Assembly: GCA_963666285.1 (NCBI GenBank)
Contig: OY762711.1
Strand: one strand, 5' to 3'
Length of the DNA: 64,000 bases
DNA from: Sedimentisphaerales bacterium
Lineage (GTDB): Bacteria; Planctomycetota; Phycisphaerae; Sedimentisphaerales; SM23-30
Of the stretch, positions 39,978-49,539 are shown piece after piece. The position numbers and the translations under genes were made by a program. Within the stretch, counting starts at the first letter, position 1. Each line of letters opens with the position of its first letter. Under the pieces are notes generated by a model. It did no database searches. It was given only the letters and a program-made list of their open reading frames with translations, and was not told the origin of the DNA.

Positions 39978-41483
39978 ATGCACCAACGACTATTGACTAT
40001 AGTAGAAAATATCGGCAAGCCGAAAGTACTGCTGGCGGGCGACTTTATGCTCGACCACTACCTGCTCGGCAATATAGACCGGATCTCGCCAGAGGCGCCG
40101 GTATCAATATTAAACGTATGCGACCGTCAGGCCCAGCCAGGCGGCGCAGGCTCGGTAGCGGTTGACCTGGCGACGCTGGATGTTGACGTTCGCTGCCTGG
40201 GCGTTGTAGGCGATGATATCAATGGCCGCCGTCTGAAAGAGATGCTGGATGAGTATCCGACGGTTGATGCCGAGTATATGGTAGTTGACCGGAACCGCCC
40301 TACCACGAGCAAACAGCGGATAGTAGGCCTGGCACAGCACAGGCACCGTCAGCAGCTGATGCGGATTGACGAGGAGGATTCCGGGGCGATCAGTGATGAG
40401 ATTCAACAGGAGCTGATGAAGCATTTCCAGGCGGGCCTGGAGTGGTGCGATGTAGTCTGCCTGGAGGATTATAATAAGGGAGTGCTAAACGATACATTTG
40501 CCCAGAAGCTGATCCAGGCAGCCAAGGCAGCCGGTAAAAAGACGATAATCGACCCGGGTGCGGTAGCGGACTATTCGCGATATAAAGGTGCGTGGATGGT
40601 TAAGCCTAACCGTCGTGAGCTGGCAAAGGCAACGGGTATGTCGCTGAACGGTGAGATTGAAGATGTCGGGCAAGCGGCGGCGAAGCTGGCAAGTGAAATG
40701 GATATTGCCAACTTGGTAGTGACACTGGACAAGTCGGGTGCGTACCTGTACCAGTCGAACCAGAAGCAAGGCGACCTGGTACCGACCCGCGCGAGAAGTG
40801 TTTACGATGTGACCGGTGCCGGTGATATGGTACTGGCGATGCTGGGAACGCTGTTTGGTGCGGCATTTGCAGATATCAAGCCACCGACAATGATCGAAAT
40901 GATAATGCTGGCAAATATAGCCGGCGGGCTGGAGGTTGAGAAGTTCGGCTGCGTGGGAATAAGCCGAGGCGAGATAATGGCGGAGATATGCCGGGACCAG
41001 CGATTGAGCGTTGGCAAGGTATGCACTACGGAAGACCTGCTGAACCAGTTGAAATGGCGCAGCGGTAAAAAGGTTGTCTTTACGAACGGGTGTTATGACC
41101 TGATCCATCCGGGCCATATAGAACTACTGAAATTTGCGAGCAGCCAGGGAGATATCCTGGTAGTCGGCCTGAACAGCGATGATTCAGTTCGCAGGCTGAA
41201 AGGCGATAAGCGGCCGATAATGGGCGAGAGCGAAAGAGCCGCGGTATTGGCCGCGTTGGAAGTGGTTGACTATGTGGTAATTTTTGACGAAGATACCCCG
41301 GAACGAATAATAAAGGATATTACCCCGGATGTTCTGATAAAAGGTACTGACTGGCAAGGCGATGTTGTCGGTCAGGACTGGGTTGAAGCTAACGGTGGAG
41401 AATGTGTGCTTATGCCGCTGGTTGAGGGTATGAGCACAACTGGTATAGTTGAAAGAGTTATCGAAAGATATAAAAACAGTTAA
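39978..41483 (+). CDS. hldE: Bifunctional heptose-7-phosphate kinase / heptose-1-phosphate adenylyltransferase
   Basis: RISPEAPV, DVTGAGD, FTNGCYDLIHPGH, GLNSD.SVRRLKG. Confidence 0.95.
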   Translation: MHQRLLTIVENIGKPKVLLAGDFMLDHYLLGNIDRISPEAPVSILNVCDRQAQPGGAGSVAVDLATLDVDVRCLGVVGDDINGRRLKEMLDEYPTVDAEYMVVDRNRPTTSKQRIVGLAQHRHRQQLMRIDEEDSGAISDEIQQELMKHFQAGLEWCDVVCLEDYNKGVLNDTFAQKLIQAAKAAGKKTIIDPGAVADYSRYKGAWMVKPNRRELAKATGMSLNGEIEDVGQAAAKLASEMDIANLVVTLDKSGAYLYQSNQKQGDLVPTRARSVYDVTGAGDMVLAMLGTLFGAAFADIKPPTMIEMIMLANIAGGLEVEKFGCVGISRGEIMAEICRDQRLSVGKVCTTEDLLNQLKWRSGKKVVFTNGCYDLIHPGHIELLKFASSQGDILVVGLNSDDSVRRLKGDKRPIMGESERAAVLAALEVVDYVVIFDEDTPERIIKDITPDVLIKGTDWQGDVVGQDWVEANGGECVLMPLVEGMSTTGIVERVIERYKNS

Positions 41484-41510
41484 GAACTCCAAACTGACCG
41501 ATGGGACCGG

Positions 41511-41644
41511 TTAAGTGAAAAACGAATAATGAAAATTGAAAAATTAAGGAGTTCGACTATCGTCTCATGCTTTGTTTAAATTTAAGGTTTTGCAAAAAGG
41601 CCCTTTTAGGCGATTTTTGCAACTAAAAAACTGCAAAAGTTAAC
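41511..41644 (+). repeat. Composite repeat (family B-like unit plus family A copy 4)
   Basis: Similar to 22319-22450. Confidence 0.8.
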
Positions 41645-41676
41645 TCTGATTAATAAGATTATGACAGGAAAGTATT

Positions 41677-42894
41677 TTGGCAAATAAAGCAGTATTTTGG
41701 GATCGTGACGGCACACTATTAAAACACCACGACTATTTGACAAAGGTTGAAGAGGTCGAACTGATAAGAGGTGCGGGAGGGGCAATAAAATACCTGGCTG
41801 ATCGCGGATACAAAAATGTGGTCATAACCAATCAGTCGGCAATAGCGAGAGGACTATTGTCCGAGCAGGGCCTGGCTGATATTCATAAGAAGATGGCTTC
41901 TATGCTGGTTCGGGATAAGGCTTATATCGATAAGATTTACTATTGCCCATTTCATCCAGAGGGAGCGATCGAGCAATATCGCAAGGAAAGTGAGCTGCGT
42001 AAGCCGGAGCCGGGTATGTTGAAACTGGCCGCAGAAGAGCTGAACCTGGACCTGGAGCAGTGCTGGATGATTGGTGATGATGACAGGGATATTCTGGCGG
42101 GAGAAGCTGCGGGATGCCGAACGATAATGATAAAGAACCAGGGAAGCGAACTGGTACGAAAAGGTGAGGCTAACCCGGACTATACGGCGGGAAGCCCGCA
42201 GGAAGCGGCAAATATAGTAGCCCATTACGGCAAGCAGAGCAAAAGTGAACCGGAAAATGAGCCGGAGCCGGAAGATGGGGATAAGAACAATACGAAAGCA
42301 AAAATATCGGGAAAAGTAATCATCCCGGTCGGCGGAGCTTCTAAAGCTGTTGACGAGGAAGAGGCGAAAAAGAAAGGCATTGTCGACAAGCAGGACGAGC
42401 CGGAAAGCGAATCTGATAGCGACGATGAAGTTGTTCCTGAAGAGGAGGTAATTGAAGAAGAACCGCTGCATGTAAGCAAGGTTCGCAGCCAGGCCAGGGA
42501 GAGCAAGCCAAAAGAGATACAGATATCTGATGCGGCAGAAGAACAGCAGGAGCCGGAAAAGGAGTTGGAAACAGAGCTGCCGGAGGTAAAGGACAAAGCA
42601 GAGAATGCAATATCGCAACCGGAAAGAAGGGCCAGCGATACGAACCAGCTGCTGCAGGAAGTATTGCGAGAGCTTAAGAGGCATAATATACGGGAGGAAG
42701 ATGCGAAGGCCGAATTTTCGGGAGCTTCGCTGCTGGCGGGGGTAACGCAGATTGTCGTGATATTGTGCCTGGTGATGGCATATGTGGCGACCGGCGGCAC
42801 AGAAACGAATTATGATAAGCTGCAAAGCTGGCTATTGGGTGGAATGATATTCCAGACGATGACGGTTGCCCTGCTGATGATGAATAACAGGTAG
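41677..42894 (+). CDS. gmhB: D,D-heptose 1,7-bisphosphate phosphatase with long acidic and membrane extension
   Basis: DRDGTL, TNQS, CPFHP, RKP.PGM, MIGD; directly after hldE; TTG start. Confidence 0.85.
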   Translation: MANKAVFWDRDGTLLKHHDYLTKVEEVELIRGAGGAIKYLADRGYKNVVITNQSAIARGLLSEQGLADIHKKMASMLVRDKAYIDKIYYCPFHPEGAIEQYRKESELRKPEPGMLKLAAEELNLDLEQCWMIGDDDRDILAGEAAGCRTIMIKNQGSELVRKGEANPDYTAGSPQEAANIVAHYGKQSKSEPENEPEPEDGDKNNTKAKISGKVIIPVGGASKAVDEEEAKKKGIVDKQDEPESESDSDDEVVPEEEVIEEEPLHVSKVRSQARESKPKEIQISDAAEEQQEPEKELETELPEVKDKAENAISQPERRASDTNQLLQEVLRELKRHNIREEDAKAEFSGASLLAGVTQIVVILCLVMAYVATGGTETNYDKLQSWLLGGMIFQTMTVALLMMNNR

Positions 42895-43003
42895 TTTGGT
42901 GGTGTAATAATGAATGGGCGGAGCGGATGAATATGCCGGGGGGCAGCGGAGGGAGTGTGTTTTTAGCTGGAAAATACGGGATAAATGACTATACTTTTGG
43001 CCT

Positions 43004-43414
43004 ATGGAAAATCCGCTAAGCAAAATAGAAGCATTTGAAAAACTGGGGATGCGAGTCGTTGAGGACGGCCCTGATGCGGTGGTATTGGAGATGCCGCTGG
43101 CTGGTAATACCAACGATAAAGGGACAATGTTTGCCGGCTCGCTGTATTCGCTGATGGTGCTGGCGGGCTGGAAACTGTCGATTAATGTATCTGAGAGCAA
43201 TAATTGCTTTGGCAATGCGGTAATAAGTAAGGCACAGATAAATTATTTACGCCCTGTGCCGGAAGATTGTGTGGCGAAGGCGGTAATGGCGAAAGATTTT
43301 TACCTAAACCTTTATGGCAGCGGATGTTGCGAAGTTTTAGTACAAATTTGCGGGGCCAATGGTGCGGTTTGCGTGGAGCTGGACGCTCATTATCGCGTAG
43401 TAAAGGACAAATAA
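43004..43414 (+). CDS. YiiD C-terminal-like thioesterase (hotdog fold)
   Basis: PL..N.NDKGTMFAGSLYS....AGW, I.YLRPV. Confidence 0.85.
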   Translation: MENPLSKIEAFEKLGMRVVEDGPDAVVLEMPLAGNTNDKGTMFAGSLYSLMVLAGWKLSINVSESNNCFGNAVISKAQINYLRPVPEDCVAKAVMAKDFYLNLYGSGCCEVLVQICGANGAVCVELDAHYRVVKDK

Positions 43415-43507
43415 TCCAAGAAGAGTTAATCTTTTTGAGAAATATTGCTTGACAATATGATGGCATTATATTACATTATTTAGCTCGCAAGTCGAGAAAA
43501 ACGACCC

Positions 43508-43581
43508 GGGCGGTTAGCTCAGTTGGCTAGAGCACCTGCCTTACAAGCAGGGGGTCACAGGTTCAAGTCCTGTACCGCCCA
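43508..43581 (+). tRNA. tRNA-Val (TAC)
   Basis: Cloverleaf GGGCGGT/ACCGCCC; anticodon arm CCTGC-CTTACAA-GCAGG; GTTCAAG T loop. Confidence 0.97.
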
Positions 43582-43701
43582 TTTCTTTTAATCCCGGTAA
43601 TAGCAAAGAGTTATGATTGACTATTATCGGTTAATAGCACCCTTGTAAGTCTTGTAAAAAAGTACACTGTGTACTTTTTGTACTTACAGAAGGCTATAGT
43701 C

Positions 43702-44853
43702 ATGACCAATCAGACCCTCCCCTCTTATTGTCGTAAAAGAAATTCAAATGGAAAATACTATGCTTTTGTCGCTATTAATGGCAATCGAATCAGCCTGGGG
43801 CCAGACGGAACAAAAGCAAAACAGAAGTATGATAGAATAATTGCCGAATGGCTGGCAAATGGCAAACATCTCCATTTTGATGATTCTGCTATTACTATAA
43901 AGAACCTATGCACAAGATATCTTGAATTTGCTTATGAATATTATTCTGGATCTATTGAATACGAGAATTATGAACGGGTGAGCAAAATACTGATAAAGCT
44001 GTACGGCACAACAGAGGCTGATGATTTTGGCCCTAAAAAGCTAAAGGCAGTTCGTGAATGCATGACTAGAAAAGGCTGGCAGCGAAAATCTATCAATAAA
44101 CAAATCCAAAGAACCAGAGCTATTTTCCGATGGGCAGAAGCAAACGAGTTGATAGAGCGGGGAATGTCGGAATATCTGTCAACACTTGCCCCGCTAAAGA
44201 AAGGCAGATGCCCGGGAGTACCTGAAGGTAAAAATGTTAAACCGGCACACATCGAAGACATTGAAGCAATCCAGCCATATGTTAGTCGTCAGGTTTGGGC
44301 TATGATACAATTACAGCTACTTACAGGAGCCAGGCCGGGAGAGATTGTTCTATTGAATCTAGCTGATATTGATCGTTCGGAAATTGTATGGATATTCAGA
44401 CCTGAAAGGCATAAAAATGAATATCGAGATATCGAACGGGAAATCTACATTGGCAAGCAGGCACAAAGTATCATTACAAACTTTCTTTTTGGAAAACATC
44501 CCAGCGATTACATATTCTCCCCTGCCGATGCTAACAGGGAAGCAAAACAAAGAACCGCAGCGGGCAGCCGACGAAAAAACCAAAAAGCTAACCTAAAATC
44601 AACTGACCGAACTATAGGCAGTCACTATACAACTCACTCATATAGAAGAGCAATTAAACGCGGTTGTGAAAAAGCCGGTGTTGAAAGCTGGAGTCCAAAT
44701 CAACTTCGTCACAATGCGGCAACAATTATTCGTAAAGAATATGGACTGGAAGCCGCTCAAATTATACTTGGGCACACTAGAGCAGATGTAACCCAAATAT
44801 ATGCTGAAAGAGATAGAGAAAAGGCCGTTCAGATTGCTGCGAAAATTGGCTAA
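43702..44853 (+). CDS. Tyrosine recombinase / integrase
   Basis: TGARPGE, HK, PNQLRH, LGH, TQIYA catalytic motifs; ATG 43702 (the track starts at GTG 43669). Confidence 0.93.
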   Translation: MTNQTLPSYCRKRNSNGKYYAFVAINGNRISLGPDGTKAKQKYDRIIAEWLANGKHLHFDDSAITIKNLCTRYLEFAYEYYSGSIEYENYERVSKILIKLYGTTEADDFGPKKLKAVRECMTRKGWQRKSINKQIQRTRAIFRWAEANELIERGMSEYLSTLAPLKKGRCPGVPEGKNVKPAHIEDIEAIQPYVSRQVWAMIQLQLLTGARPGEIVLLNLADIDRSEIVWIFRPERHKNEYRDIEREIYIGKQAQSIITNFLFGKHPSDYIFSPADANREAKQRTAAGSRRKNQKANLKSTDRTIGSHYTTHSYRRAIKRGCEKAGVESWSPNQLRHNAATIIRKEYGLEAAQIILGHTRADVTQIYAERDREKAVQIAAKIG

Positions 44854-45028
44854 CAGATACTTATAAAAAAGTCAAGAATAGTTCCGGCATCAGTTCCGCA
44901 GAAAATATGCCGAGATATGCCAAAGACACCCTGAACTTTAACAGGTCATTAATGCTTGGCCTGATTTGTCTATGAATGTCAAAAACGATATATTAGTTTT
45001 TGTCAATTTATAATATGCCGATTAGATA

Positions 45029-45225
45029 CTTGCTAACGCCTTCAACTAATACTCTATGCCTGAACTGAGTCCATTGTTCCATATCTGTGTACACATCTTA
45101 ACTACCTCCGTATCAATTAGTTATCTTTTTTTGACCGATAACTAAATCTACGTCGGCATTTTTATAAGAACGCTACACTTTTACTCCGCCACTGCAGGCG
45201 CCACACTTTTGCCCCGGCGTTTACA
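45029..45225 (-). pseudogene. istA: IS21-family left-end relic with truncated istA
   Basis: Minus strand begins TGTAAACGCC with repeated AAAGTGTRGCG; GGAGG then GTG at 45094 encoding YTDMEQWTQFRHRVLVEGVSK before truncation. Confidence 0.7.
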
Positions 45226-45481
45226 AGCATTTTCACTACCTCCTTCTACGTGACCCTTCTTAAGCTGTTTCCTGGGGACTTTTTAGCCCCTCTTGACACC
45301 ACAAACGATATACTCACTTGAAATTAACCAGCCAGACGCTTGCGTTACCTGCCTGTGAGATACTCAATTACCTTTTGATGTTCATTAGTTCATAGCAACT
45401 AGAAATCACTCCCAATTTATAATTAACACACCAAATAGACTTTCGGGTGATTGTAGAATTTGTATCACTTAATGGCATAAA

Positions 45482-45501
45482 TGTAGGCAAATTTGCTTAC
45501 A
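45482..45501. promoter_or_regulatory. 20-bp palindromic candidate operator
   Basis: TGTAGGCAAATTTGCTTACA; related sites at 49753, 52853 and 52877. Confidence 0.5.
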
Positions 45502-45717
45502 TCTAAAATAGAGCGTAGTCTGACATACAAATAAATGTCTGTGGCTATAATTAGTTAATGCTGGTTACTACTGCAAGATATCTCAATTAAAATAACAATA
45601 TAATCTAATGAGTGTAGATTTTAAAGATCATTAGAGCTGAATTATGGGAAAAAGGATTTATAAAAGTAACAATGTGGTAAATATTTTACTTTATTTAAGA
45701 GAAGAGATGAATGGAAA

Positions 45718-47199
45718 ATGAAAATTCTACTAATCAATCCGGAAGTCCCTGACACATTCTGGAGCCTTAAGAATGCCTTGGAGTTTGTTTCCAAGAAAGC
45801 CCTTCTTCCGCCTTTGGGACTACTAACAGTAGCGTCAATGCTGCCAGAATCGTGGGAAAGGAAGCTCATCGATATGAATACTACCCGCTTACTGGATTGT
45901 CACCTTAAATGGGCGGACATGGTCTTTCTGACGGGAATGGCCATCCAGAAAAAATCCGTCGACCAGGTTATTGAGCGATGTAAAAAACTGAACTTAAAAA
46001 TTGTCGCTGGTGGCCCGCTCTTTACTGCGTTTCCGGAGGGGTATTTAAATATTGACCATCTTGTCCTTAAAGAAGCGGAAATCACGCTGTCTGCTTTTTT
46101 GAAAGATTTGGGAACAGGACACCCTGAACGCTATTATACTACGCGTCAAAGACCAGACTTGAAAGGGACGCCCATCCCTCAGTGGAATCTGATTAATATG
46201 AAAAAATATGCTATCATGGGCATTCAGTATTCCCGAGGATGCCCGTTCGATTGTGATTTTTGTGATGTAACAAGGCTTTTCGGACATGAGCTTCGAACCA
46301 AAACAACAGAGCAGATTCTCGCAGAGCTTGACAGTTTGTACGATGCCGGATGGCGGGGAGAATTATTTTTTGTTGATGATAATTTCATAGGCAAAAAGAC
46401 CATCTTGAAAAAAGAGCTACTTCCGGCGATGATTCAGTGGATGGAATCGAAAAATTATCCATTCTGTTTTAATACCCAAGCCTCCATGAATCTTGCAGAT
46501 GATGAAGAACTAATGAACTTGATGGTTCAAGCAGGGTTTGATTGTGTTTTCGTTGGTATCGAATCGCCGGACGAGATAAGCTTGACCGAGTGTAACAAAT
46601 CTCAAAATACCGGTCGCGACCTTGTAGCTGCAATCAAAAAGATCCAACAGTTCGGTTTACAGGTTCAGGCCGGTTTCATAGTCGGATTTGACAGTGACAC
46701 CCCGGGCGTATTTGACAGAATGATAAATCTGATTCAGAAAAGTGGAATAGTAATGGCCATGGTGGGGTTACTCAACGCGCCGCGTGGAACCAAGCTCTAC
46801 AAGCAGATGATGACTCAAAATCGGCTAACAACCCCACCGACAGGAGACAACATGGATTGTACCATGAATTTTATTCCGCAGATGGAGATAAATGAACTTC
46901 TGGGCGGGTATCAGAAAGTACTCAATACGATCTATTCGCAAAAAAACTATTACGGACGGATTCGAACATTTCTTGAAAATTATAATTTCAACGACACGAT
47001 GCCACTCAAAATTCGGTGTTCAGGTGTTATAGCATTTTTAAGGTCAATGTGGCGTATCGGTTTGATCGAAAAAGGAAAGATTCATTATTGGAAACTGATA
47101 CTCTGGTCGCTCAAAAAACCTCAAAGACTGCCATTAGCTGTGCGTTATTCAATCTATGGTTTTCACTTTCGTAAGATGTTAAAAAAGCTTTATCCTTAA
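45718..47199 (+). CDS. B12-binding radical SAM protein (DUF4070 type)
   Basis: PPLGLLTVA, RGCPFDCDFC, FFVDDNFIG, GFIVGFDSD. Confidence 0.92.
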   Translation: MKILLINPEVPDTFWSLKNALEFVSKKALLPPLGLLTVASMLPESWERKLIDMNTTRLLDCHLKWADMVFLTGMAIQKKSVDQVIERCKKLNLKIVAGGPLFTAFPEGYLNIDHLVLKEAEITLSAFLKDLGTGHPERYYTTRQRPDLKGTPIPQWNLINMKKYAIMGIQYSRGCPFDCDFCDVTRLFGHELRTKTTEQILAELDSLYDAGWRGELFFVDDNFIGKKTILKKELLPAMIQWMESKNYPFCFNTQASMNLADDEELMNLMVQAGFDCVFVGIESPDEISLTECNKSQNTGRDLVAAIKKIQQFGLQVQAGFIVGFDSDTPGVFDRMINLIQKSGIVMAMVGLLNAPRGTKLYKQMMTQNRLTTPPTGDNMDCTMNFIPQMEINELLGGYQKVLNTIYSQKNYYGRIRTFLENYNFNDTMPLKIRCSGVIAFLRSMWRIGLIEKGKIHYWKLILWSLKKPQRLPLAVRYSIYGFHFRKMLKKLYP

Positions 47200-47457
47200 T
47201 CTAATAAATTACGCTGTTTACAAGCATTCAACTAAGATTTGAAATAGAATATACAACAGAAAGATACCTTAAAACACAATCTAAAAGTGTAGTAACTGTA
47301 TTGTTTATATTAAATTTCCAGCGAGCAGTATACGGTACTCTCTGGATAATACACAATAAAATGAATTCAGAAGTTGTAATCCTAACCATGCCCAACAAGC
47401 TTCCGCTTGTCAGGCTAGCTGGTTTTTCTCTATGTCAACATCCATGCTATTCATGGT

Positions 47458-48069
47458 CTATCTTTTCCTGTGTAACAGTCCCACTGCACCCAAAGCCAGT
47501 ATACTCATAGTTGCCGGTTCAGGTACGCATACTTCTCCTGCCCAGATATCTGTCACATTGGTCATGCCGGAGACGGTAAAAGTCAGACGTACAAAGTCAG
47601 GCTGAGGACGTATTTCACCTTGCAGAAGATATGACCAGACGCCGTTGCCATCTATTGACCAGGACTCTGAACCAGTGAATATCCCTTCAGCTGTATCCAG
47701 AACCGATTCAACATTGTCTACCGTACTGACTGTATTGCCGGTAATATAAACAAAAACTTTTTTGTACAGATCGGAGCGACTAACATTGTCCAAATCCAAT
47801 GAAATGGTTTCATTCTGGATACCTATAACTCCTACAAAATCAGTGTTTTCTAAAAAGTTAGAAGCCCAGTGGCTGGCATCATCTGGCGGAGAAATCTGTG
47901 AACTGCCGCCGATAATATCCGATGACCACCATCCAAAAGCATAGTTTTCATCTACCTCTGAGTTCCACCAGATCGGTGATTCAGGAGGTGCGGTTACCAA
48001 AGCAGCATTGGCAAAACTCGCTATTGTGAATATCAAAATCACAACTGCAGAAAATAATTGTTTCATCAT
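47458..48069 (-). CDS. PEP-CTERM surface protein
   Basis: Signal peptide; VPEPATMSILALGAVGLLHRKR. Confidence 0.9.
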   Translation of the reverse strand: MMKQLFSAVVILIFTIASFANAALVTAPPESPIWWNSEVDENYAFGWWSSDIIGGSSQISPPDDASHWASNFLENTDFVGVIGIQNETISLDLDNVSRSDLYKKVFVYITGNTVSTVDNVESVLDTAEGIFTGSESWSIDGNGVWSYLLQGEIRPQPDFVRLTFTVSGMTNVTDIWAGEVCVPEPATMSILALGAVGLLHRKR

Positions 48070-48113
48070 GTGTTAACCTTTCTAATTTGAATATTAAAAT
48101 AATCTGTGTCATT

Positions 48114-49539
48114 GTAAACATTCGCACTTTTAATAGTATAATTAAGCCGCAGTAGCCAGAGCATCCAGCAGAAACGTATATTTTTTATCATGAACGGCCG
48201 AATTACCGAACATATATTTAATTCTTTCGCTCCAAAGCTCTCTGCGGAGGTCAGCGATAGCATCGGCAAAGCTTGGTGTCTTTTTGTGCTGATACCAGGG
48301 CTGGACAAAGAAGTATTGTTCATTGGGTTTCTTGGTCAGATACCTCAGCCAGACCATAGAGTACAGCCAGAGTCCAAAACCTGCGGCTCTTTCTGGTCCT
48401 TTGCCTTTATATGTCTGCGGATGCTGAGCACCGAGCAACTGTTTGGTGTTCTTGAATGTATCTTCAATAGCCCAGCGGTCGGCATAACAGGCCAAAACGT
48501 CCTCAGCAGTCATAGCAATATCTGTAGTAAAGAAAAAGTCATCTTTTTCCTTACCTTCAGGATCTCGACTGACAACGACAAGGATTGGTTTGCGAGTTAC
48601 CTTATACCAGAGAGCTACACGGGTATATACCAACCTCTCAATAATCGTACCTCTCTGGCAAAATTCAACCATTCTCCAGTTTTTGACATGGGCAGCCATT
48701 TTTTTCAGTTTGGCCAGTTTTTGACCTCTGCAGCGAGGTCTGCCACGCTTTTTCTCTTCAACTTTAGGTGGCAGCTCAAACAGGTCGGCATTACGTCTGA
48801 TTCGGGAGATAATGGTAATATTCTCAAGGTTCTTTCCGGCCAGAGTTGCGTAAAAACCGTCTGCAACAAGCCTTATCTGCCTGTTTGGAAGCCATTGGCA
48901 TATTTCATTTATAATTTGTACCGCCAGTTCAATCAAGGATTCTTCTCCTTTGCGATGCAATCTCATATTGACCGGCAGTGCCAGAGGTTCTCCACCCCAG
49001 GGCGGTTGGATTTGCAGGCATGTCACTACCAGATTCAATCCCCAGGCATAAACAACCTTCTTGTTTGTAGAACGAACGGCATCTCTCCAGAATCCGGCTC
49101 CGTTGACTTTTGGACCGCTGTGATGGAACAGAGTGTCGTCCATAGACAGAGTTATTATTCCTTTTGGGTAGAATCTTTGCACCAGGACCAAAGTAAGCAT
49201 TTTCCACATCTGACTCAGAGACCAGCGGCAATCTGGAAAGAAACGGTGGTAAGCATCGTGAGCTCTCTTGCCCAGCGGGTCTGCAAAGGGAATTATGCCT
49301 GTTATCGTACGACGAGTAGTGCACAATATCCAGCCAGTTACTATCCGGCAGAAGATTTGAGCTCCAGGTTCTGTAAATATTGGAAAAAATTGTTGAATAA
49401 ATTGCGTCCATGTCGAATAATATTCATAGTACATATCGGCCTCCGTGTCCTATATTTGTTGACATTAAAGACATCGGATCGCCGATATTTTTTTGTTCAT
49501 ATTTTCAAAATTTAACCCTCAAAATGTGCGAAAGTTTAC
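48114..49539 (-). mobile_element. Insertion sequence (IS701-like DDE)
   Basis: Imperfect inverted repeats GTAAACATTCGCAC / GTGCGAAAGTTTAC; 5-bp target duplication TCATT (48109-48113 and 49540-49544). Confidence 0.85.
48142..49434 (-). CDS. DDE transposase (IS701-like)
   Basis: SMDDT, VADGFY, YADRWAIEDTFKNTKQLLG. Confidence 0.9.
   Translation of the reverse strand: MYYEYYSTWTQFIQQFFPIFTEPGAQIFCRIVTGWILCTTRRTITGIIPFADPLGKRAHDAYHRFFPDCRWSLSQMWKMLTLVLVQRFYPKGIITLSMDDTLFHHSGPKVNGAGFWRDAVRSTNKKVVYAWGLNLVVTCLQIQPPWGGEPLALPVNMRLHRKGEESLIELAVQIINEICQWLPNRQIRLVADGFYATLAGKNLENITIISRIRRNADLFELPPKVEEKKRGRPRCRGQKLAKLKKMAAHVKNWRMVEFCQRGTIIERLVYTRVALWYKVTRKPILVVVSRDPEGKEKDDFFFTTDIAMTAEDVLACYADRWAIEDTFKNTKQLLGAQHPQTYKGKGPERAAGFGLWLYSMVWLRYLTKKPNEQYFFVQPWYQHKKTPSFADAIADLRRELWSERIKYMFGNSAVHDKKYTFLLDALATAA

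Noticed and set aside
41854..42825. Long antisense ORFs over gmhB (also over the esterase, GT2, hldE and atpA)
   Set aside because: Explained by the biased codon usage or low complexity of the sense genes; no protein-like features.
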